Assembly (NCBI GenBank): GCA_024695815.1
Contig: JAILHK010000006.1
Location: 39,177-103,176, forward strand
Source: Prevotella sp.
GTDB taxonomy: Bacteria > Bacteroidota > Bacteroidia > Bacteroidales > Bacteroidaceae
DNA length: 64,000 bases
Direction of reading: 5' to 3'
How positions within the stretch are numbered: position 1 is the first letter of the stretch; every line of letters begins with the position of its first letter. Made by a program: the position numbers and the translations under genes. Below are positions 58,164 to 64,000 of this stretch, one piece after another. The notes under the pieces were generated by a model, which did not search any database, was not told where the DNA came from, and saw nothing but the letters and a program-made list of their open reading frames with translations.

Positions 58164-58760
58164 TTAATAATTGCCTGTCATTGAGACTATCTTCCCGTCC
58201 TTGGCCCTGTCACCATCTCTTCGTCCAAGCAGTTTCTTCTTCAAAGCACTCATGGCGTAGGCAATATGGTAATTGACCGTTGCGAGTGTGATGCCTGTCA
58301 GTTTGCATATCTCCGCATAAGGCATCTGGTCTATCTTCGCCATATAGAAGATACGCTTGCACTTCAGTGGCAGTCCCTCGATGGCTTCGTGCAGCGAATT
58401 AACCTCCTCTTCCGAAATCATGCTGTCCATTGGTGTCAGCATGTGAGGGAACTCAAAGTTGGGAAAGTCATCAATGTTTATTTCTAACTTCTTCTTTGAG
58501 GTCTTACGCATCAGCGAGATCACCTTGTGATAAACAATAGTAGAAAGCCAAGCGTTGACATTATCTATTTCCCCCAGCGACTTACGGTGTGACCACACCT
58601 CCAAAAAGACATCACTGACCACCTCCTCGGCACTCTCCTTGTCGCCAAGCATACCATATGCCTGAAAGTACATTCGCTCGGAATGCTTTCGCATAAAGTG
58701 CTGAAGGGCTAGCTCGTTTCCCTTCGAGATGAGGATTAGTTCTCGGTCTGTCTCAGCCAT
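58164..58760 (-). CDS. ECF-type RNA polymerase sigma-70 factor
   Basis: AEEVVSDVFLEVW, LPLKCKRIF, YAEI..TGITLATV. Confidence 0.9.
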   Translation of the reverse strand: MAETDRELILISKGNELALQHFMRKHSERMYFQAYGMLGDKESAEEVVSDVFLEVWSHRKSLGEIDNVNAWLSTIVYHKVISLMRKTSKKKLEINIDDFPNFEFPHMLTPMDSMISEEEVNSLHEAIEGLPLKCKRIFYMAKIDQMPYAEICKLTGITLATVNYHIAYAMSALKKKLLGRRDGDRAKDGKIVSMTGNY

Positions 58761-58788
58761 TGTTCAGGGTTTTCTACTAATCATGACG

Positions 58789-58796
58789 CAAAAATA
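58789..58796 (-). promoter_or_regulatory. -7 promoter box of the ECF sigma gene
   Basis: TATTTTTG on minus strand, ~29 bp upstream of the start. Confidence 0.5.
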
Positions 58797-58828
58797 ATAA
58801 AAATATATAGTACTCTTCTGCATAAAAT

Positions 58829-59527
58829 TTATTTTTTTCTTTCCTTCATGCTTTTCTGCCCTTTCTTGATAGCCTTAAACCATCGTTTTGCCATCCTCTT
58901 GGCTCCCTTCTGATTAGGGTGAACACGGTCGTGAATAGTCATTGTTCGCCAATCATGTCCTGTTGCCATGTCAACCAGGAACAGATGCTTGTCGGCACCA
59001 CCTGTCACCATCTCGGCAATACGTCTGTTTAGTTCTGGGATATAACTGTATTTAGGCAGCTTCCCACTAGGTGTCACCTGTGCAATGAACACCAATGCCT
59101 CGGGGTTAATAGTATGAATCGTACTGATGATATGCTGATAGGCCTTTATCATTCCGTCCACAGGTTGTTGATCTGCGAAATGATTATGTCCGGCATGCAG
59201 CAGAACGATATCTGCAGGGTACAAGCGATAAATGCTATCCACACGCACCTCTATAAACTCAACAGGTTTGCCACTAAAGCCACAATGACGCAAAACCCCT
59301 GCAGGCGTCTTGCGTTCTCGCGGACCAATGAAGTCCACCTCATAGCCCTTTCTTTGGAACAACTGCCATAATGGATAGAGGTATGAGTTGAACTCATCAC
59401 CACCTTCTGTGATCGAATCACCCATACCCATCACAGAGAAACGCTTCTCCTGCGTTTCTGCCACCATAGTGACAGACATCAGCAGGAGAAGCACGAAAAA
59501 AAATCCTTTTATTGTCAACCTACTCAT
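58829..59527 (-). CDS. SGNH/GDSL hydrolase (putative carbohydrate esterase)
   Basis: GDSITEG block I, G block II, GHN block III, DRVHPN block V; ATG 59527 gives a signal peptide and overlaps the upstream stop. Confidence 0.85.
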   Translation of the reverse strand: MSRLTIKGFFFVLLLLMSVTMVAETQEKRFSVMGMGDSITEGGDEFNSYLYPLWQLFQRKGYEVDFIGPRERKTPAGVLRHCGFSGKPVEFIEVRVDSIYRLYPADIVLLHAGHNHFADQQPVDGMIKAYQHIISTIHTINPEALVFIAQVTPSGKLPKYSYIPELNRRIAEMVTGGADKHLFLVDMATGHDWRTMTIHDRVHPNQKGAKRMAKRWFKAIKKGQKSMKERKK

Positions 59528-59714
59528 CTTCAGCAAAAACACCCTTATAGTTACACCAGCCATTGTCCTCTTCCAGTTCCTCTTCCTCAAAATCACAAGT
59601 TCTGGACAATTGCTCCGAAGTAGTCACTACATTGAAATAGCTGGCAGCTATCATGCTGGTACATTCTATCTTCGTCACTTTGACACTACAGGGTATATAT
59701 GTCTTTTTACTCAT
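59520..59714 (-). CDS. small 64-aa peptide with KKTY...IAAS leader-like N-terminus and acidic C-terminus
   Basis: Fills the gap between two genes, overlaps the SGNH start; resembles a small-protein type I recognise from Prevotella. Confidence 0.65.
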   Translation of the reverse strand: MSKKTYIPCSVKVTKIECTSMIAASYFNVVTTSEQLSRTCDFEEEELEEDNGWCNYKGVFAEDE

Positions 59715-59740
59715 AATCGTATATGTATAAATTAAGGTAA

Positions 59741-61291
59741 TTATAGTTTCTGGCCTACGACATTGTATTTAATGCCATTCTTCATCATGACGATGCGACC
59801 ATTCTCTATGAACTTGCCACTACGCTTCGTGCCACTATTCTGCAAACCTTTCACACTTGCTGCCTCATTCTCGAATGATACAAACGAGCGGGCTTCAGAA
59901 CCACCCAGCACCAGATAGGCTCTATGTGCCTTGTTCATAAAGGCAGCACCACCAGCCTCAGCATAGTAGAATCCCAATCCACTTTCGCCATTGGCCAACT
60001 TGTAATGCTTACCATCGCCTGTTGTCGTCTCTGCAACGTCAGAACCCTTCAATAAGTTGGTGGGAGCAGCAGATGCATTCGACAAATTCAGTTCTGGATA
60101 ATATTTTCCGTCATTACCTTCCACATACAATGCTGTGCCTGCAGGAACATCATCGCCAGCATCATAAGTGGTTCCAATAGTCAAAACACCAGCAGTCTCA
60201 CTTGAGATTGTTTTACCTACTAAGCCAACAGGCATTGTAAAGGGAGCACTGATATAGTATGTGCCAACACCTACATTTGTGATATTAATAGCAGGTACGA
60301 TATTCGTATTAGAGTTATTGTCTTGGTCAATCAAACAGTTCGTATATGTTACAGACCTGTTTGACACATCTCCCCAAAAGACCGCAGCACCACTTACTGC
60401 CGTATTATTATACATCAGCGTATTGTTTATAATCAGTTCGCGCTTATAGCTTGATTCTGATTTTCCACAATAGATGGCGCCTCCATTACCCGCAGAGGTG
60501 TTATTTTTAAAAACAGAGTTATTAATGGTCAGTGTCTCTCCATGCTGCAACATAACCAATCCTGCAGCAGCATTAGTGGTAACAGCACAATCCTCAAACA
60601 AGCAGTTGTTGATGGTAGTAACACCTTTATTATTACTACCTGAAGTCAGACGCATTACTGCGCCACGGCTGCTGGCAGAGATATTCCTGAAGGAACAATC
60701 ATCAACCACTAAGTTGGCTGTTCTTGCAAGAATGGCACCTCCGCCATTACCACTATTCGCAATATCACTGAAATGACAATTTCTTATAGTAACCGTTGCA
60801 GAACACTCATTAATACAGATGACTCCAACTCCATTTGTGATAACATAATTATTGATAGTGAGAGAAGATGGTTGATTCAAAGTGTATTTCTCAAAATCAA
60901 TATTATCTATTGTCACGAATCTATCATCGTTCAGTCTTGTTACTACACGTATCAGTCTGTCACGGTCTGCCGTTCCATCATCATCGGTATCACCAGTAAA
61001 GACTGTTCGTTCTGCACCTGTGGAGCCATGAAACTGTACTCCCCAACGTACCCATATAGTAGAGGCGCAAGCATATTTTCCTCCTGCAAAATAGACATTA
61101 TCATCATTAGCAAAAGAAGTTCCTGAATTACTTTCGCTTGCCCTATCTTGGAACGTAGCTAAATCCCATGCATTCTCCCAACTGGAACCGTCTTTTGTTC
61201 CGGCTCCTGCAGGACTGACATAGTAGTCGGTAGCTGATGCGCTGAGTGCGCAAGCAGCCCAAAGGAATGTAGTTAATAAAGATTTCATCAT
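59741..61291 (-). CDS. secreted parallel beta-helix repeat protein with T9SS C-terminal domain
   Basis: Signal peptide; YYVSPAGAGTKDGSSWENA; GGAI / F..N repeats; C-terminal KYNVVGQKL. Confidence 0.75.
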   Translation of the reverse strand: MMKSLLTTFLWAACALSASATDYYVSPAGAGTKDGSSWENAWDLATFQDRASESNSGTSFANDDNVYFAGGKYACASTIWVRWGVQFHGSTGAERTVFTGDTDDDGTADRDRLIRVVTRLNDDRFVTIDNIDFEKYTLNQPSSLTINNYVITNGVGVICINECSATVTIRNCHFSDIANSGNGGGAILARTANLVVDDCSFRNISASSRGAVMRLTSGSNNKGVTTINNCLFEDCAVTTNAAAGLVMLQHGETLTINNSVFKNNTSAGNGGAIYCGKSESSYKRELIINNTLMYNNTAVSGAAVFWGDVSNRSVTYTNCLIDQDNNSNTNIVPAINITNVGVGTYYISAPFTMPVGLVGKTISSETAGVLTIGTTYDAGDDVPAGTALYVEGNDGKYYPELNLSNASAAPTNLLKGSDVAETTTGDGKHYKLANGESGLGFYYAEAGGAAFMNKAHRAYLVLGGSEARSFVSFENEAASVKGLQNSGTKRSGKFIENGRIVMMKNGIKYNVVGQKL

Positions 61292-61301
61292 ATCCTTGTT
61301 T

Positions 61302-64000
61302 TTATTTTCTGAATAGTTTCTTGTTATTCACGATCACGAGTCCCTTCGTATCTCTTGAGACACGCTGACCTAAGAGATTATAGCACTGATTGGGAACAGG
61401 AATCCCTTGTTTCATATCAGCTATACTATTGATGCCACTGCTTACCGAAGTAACCACAACATTATTGAGCAGCACCCATCCATTGCTCTTATACACATCT
61501 GCTACAGAGACATCAAGACCTATGGCATTGTTGTTCGTCTTGTCTATCAGTCCTACTGCCCAGGTATAGTTTCCAGGCTGAACGCCCGTCAGTGAGAACT
61601 GTGTAGAGAAGCTCTGATCATCGTTTTGTACAATGGTCGAGAGATCACTATTCTCTGCTACGAAGATATTCCTCACCGTGTTTCCCTGCAACAGCGCATA
61701 AGCAACCTTATATTTCTGGTTCCACTGTGGAATATTGGTCGGACAATAGCCCCAACCACTATTAGCCCATACCGACGACAAGGTTACATGTCCGCTTGAG
61801 GTCATCATCGAAGGCACAGTGACTGTCTTAGGATAGAGATGATAGCCACCCTCGCGCATAAAGCGTTTCACCAGATAGAAAGCATCGTTAAACCAAGAAT
61901 AGGTCTCACCACTCGTGATGTTGGAGTTGTAGCGGAAGTCCATCATGTTGGCATGAGCATCCTGCGCATCAGTAAACTCACCCAGACGAACATCTGCCCA
62001 ATCGGCATAACCATCGTTGTTCATCGGACTGTTTCCGTGTGAGGCCTTCACCCAACCACCTTCGCTCAACACAGGACGCTGGTGGATATACCTATGCACA
62101 TAGTTCTTTTCCCACGTGCTATAGTAGGTCTTCATGCCCATCGCATCATGACGCAGGGAGAAGCCGCGAACCACGGCACTGTCAAGCAGGCGTTCTGAGT
62201 TAGGATCATACTGAGTGCCGTTCCATTCCGTGCCCGTCAATATCCAACGGTGATAGTTGATAACCACAGGTACCTGAGTAAACAGCGAGGCATTGAGATT
62301 GGTAATCCAGTTGAACACACTCTCACGTGGTGTCATGTTGCCCGTAGAGTATCTCACCGAGTGACCCTCGCCCCACTTTCCAAGACCTGTTCCACTGATA
62401 AACTGTACGCGCTCTGGGTCGTTATATTCCTGAGCGAAAGCAGTGAGGAACTGTGCGTATTTCGCCTGGAAGACAGGATCATCGGGATAAGGTGACCACA
62501 CCTGCGTGCTTCCTGTCGTGGTGGTAAAGCCCTGGGCACCGGCATCGCGCACATACTGCGGCGTGAACGTGTCGTGCTTGTCGCGACTATCTGTAATAAA
62601 CGAAAAAGCTAGCTTCAGGTTGCGCTGTTGGGCTCCGTTCACTAGCATTCTCAGTCGTTGGGCAGGTCTTGTGTTACAAGTGCTCTGCCAGGCATAGACA
62701 TTCTCTTCCGGATTGAAATAGCTCCATGCGGCACGAATGAATAGTGTGGTAGCATAATCACTGACGTTCACCTGTCCTTCTGAAGAAGTGAAGTTGTCGT
62801 ACTGTGACCAGAAGTTATCTGAAAGACCATCACCCAGACCAGCATAGATGACCCAACCCTGCATGGGGTTACGGCATCCCTCGGTATCATCTACTTCAAA
62901 CGATGTAGTTGTTTGCCATGCGGGAACCACTCCACCACTGTAGGCACCAGGCAATGTACCATCCGTGCGCTGGGCACCAATCTGGTCAACAGTAATATCG
63001 CTGAGGATGTTCCATGTTGATACCCTGTCACCAGTATCCTGACTACTATACATACTGCTTGCAGCTTGAGGAACTACGACCTGCAACTGATTCAGCTGGT
63101 TGGTGCCAAAAACAGTGCTATAGGTATTTCCCACGTAGCTGTCGGTATTGTTCCATGCAGTCAGCTTGGCATCAGCCCCACACACATTATAACCTCCCGA
63201 TACGAAAGTGGTGACCGCACCCTTGAAGTTATAAGGGGCGTTCGTCGCATCGCCCACAACAATTGAGTTTGCGAGATAAAGCTGAGCCTTGTCCGCCATC
63301 TCTATCTGCGAGCCGCCAGTATTGCCTGCCAGTGTAGAACCAACTATATAGAGTTTGTTTTCGAAACTACCCTTACCATTCGTATACACCGCACCCGAAG
63401 CTGTTGAGGTCGATACATTATTAGCGATGGTCGAGTTGACGATATATAGCACCTTACCATGCTGAACCAGCACAGCAGAGCCTATTCCTTCCGTCACCGT
63501 GTTATTATAGATGGCACAACGGTTTAGTACCGATGTTCCTTTCGCATTGCTATTGGAAGAGAATCGCAAGGCTGCACCACGCGCCTTACAGATATTATTA
63601 TAGAACTGGCAATGCTCGGCTATCAAACGACTATATTGCGAGGTAATAGCCATACCTCCCAATTTTCCCGTACACTTATTGCCGTAGAACCGACAGTCCT
63701 CAACCTTTGCATAGCCACAGTCACGCAACAGCAAAGCACCATGATGCTCACTGTCTGTGTTATCGAAAGCGCAAGTAAAGTCAATGCCAGTAATGTTGAC
63801 TGCCTTGATCGTCTCGCCATCGGCAGTCTGCGTATTAAAGAACATAATGACGGACAAATCTCCACTGTCGGCCGTGTCATTGCCATTCCTGTCGCCAGAG
63901 AACACCGTAGGCGTTGCCGACGGGTATGTGGGAGTTGTCGTAACGGTACCTGTCAGGTTAGGTGCATAGCCACCTATAAACGTATAGCCATTCGTGGTCT
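61302..64000 (-). CDS. 5'-truncated multidomain T9SS protein: beta-helix domain + DUF4832-like glycoside hydrolase
   Basis: Frame stays open from 63905 to the window end (TTNGYTFIGGYAPN...); NPMQGW, GKWGEGH, LRHDAMG, SEGGW; C-terminal YNLLGQRV...GLVIVNNKK. Confidence 0.78.
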   Translation of the reverse strand, partial: TTNGYTFIGGYAPNLTGTVTTTPTYPSATPTVFSGDRNGNDTADSGDLSVIMFFNTQTADGETIKAVNITGIDFTCAFDNTDSEHHGALLLRDCGYAKVEDCRFYGNKCTGKLGGMAITSQYSRLIAEHCQFYNNICKARGAALRFSSNSNAKGTSVLNRCAIYNNTVTEGIGSAVLVQHGKVLYIVNSTIANNVSTSTASGAVYTNGKGSFENKLYIVGSTLAGNTGGSQIEMADKAQLYLANSIVVGDATNAPYNFKGAVTTFVSGGYNVCGADAKLTAWNNTDSYVGNTYSTVFGTNQLNQLQVVVPQAASSMYSSQDTGDRVSTWNILSDITVDQIGAQRTDGTLPGAYSGGVVPAWQTTTSFEVDDTEGCRNPMQGWVIYAGLGDGLSDNFWSQYDNFTSSEGQVNVSDYATTLFIRAAWSYFNPEENVYAWQSTCNTRPAQRLRMLVNGAQQRNLKLAFSFITDSRDKHDTFTPQYVRDAGAQGFTTTTGSTQVWSPYPDDPVFQAKYAQFLTAFAQEYNDPERVQFISGTGLGKWGEGHSVRYSTGNMTPRESVFNWITNLNASLFTQVPVVINYHRWILTGTEWNGTQYDPNSERLLDSAVVRGFSLRHDAMGMKTYYSTWEKNYVHRYIHQRPVLSEGGWVKASHGNSPMNNDGYADWADVRLGEFTDAQDAHANMMDFRYNSNITSGETYSWFNDAFYLVKRFMREGGYHLYPKTVTVPSMMTSSGHVTLSSVWANSGWGYCPTNIPQWNQKYKVAYALLQGNTVRNIFVAENSDLSTIVQNDDQSFSTQFSLTGVQPGNYTWAVGLIDKTNNNAIGLDVSVADVYKSNGWVLLNNVVVTSVSSGINSIADMKQGIPVPNQCYNLLGQRVSRDTKGLVIVNNKKLFRK

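Noticed and set aside
47511-61755. Near-identical ~45-bp DNA segments at ~47511, ~55952 and ~61712 as DGR template/variable repeats
   Set aside because: All lie in-frame in paralogous ORFs encoding the same peptide, differences are synonymous, and no reverse transcriptase is present
34292-64000. Assignment as a xanthan or pectin PUL
   Set aside because: No recognisable PL8, GH88, GH92, GH28 or GH105 in the window; substrate left unassigned
1-64000. rRNA, tRNA, prophage, transposase or known anti-phage defence genes
   Set aside because: None recognised by eye; tRNAscan-SE, Infernal and DefenseFinder were not run, so small RNAs could have been missed

Overview
This 64-kb window looks like a Bacteroidales (Prevotella-like) chromosome segment, judged from the SusC/SusD pairs, T9SS-type C-terminal domains and TAnnTTTG promoters. 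Almost all genes are on the minus strand. From left to right: (1) an ECF sigma/FecR/SusC/SusD signalling-transport locus with no CAZyme in view; (2) a ~420-bp non-coding, mirror-symmetric array of 15-bp palindromes on a 22-bp period (7230-7650); (3) an AT-rich accessory block with a TonB-C fusion, a probable glycine-zipper toxin-tip/immunity relic, an active+inactive pair of secreted M16 peptidases and a 53-aa sORF absent from the ORF track, followed by MITE/REP-like repeats; (4) an alpha-mannan-type PUL (GH125, GH76, two GH43, SusC/D/E); (5) housekeeping genes (MATE, acpP-fabF-rnc-HI0933 flavoprotein, two lipid genes); (6) a >29-kb PUL of unknown substrate running off the window end. That last PUL carries three DUF4832-like putative glycosidases apparently targeted to three compartments, an FAD-oxidoreductase/GH36-like fusion, a GH2(GUS)/GH3 fusion, GH3, GH2, an SGNH esterase, beta-helix T9SS proteins and ECF/FecR/SusC/D/E. 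The best candidates for something undescribed are the 22-bp palindromic array, the DUF4832/oxidoreductase PUL and the AT-rich peptidase/toxin-relic block. All family assignments come from motif recognition by eye, with no database searches. No rRNA, tRNA, CRISPR or transposase was recognised.
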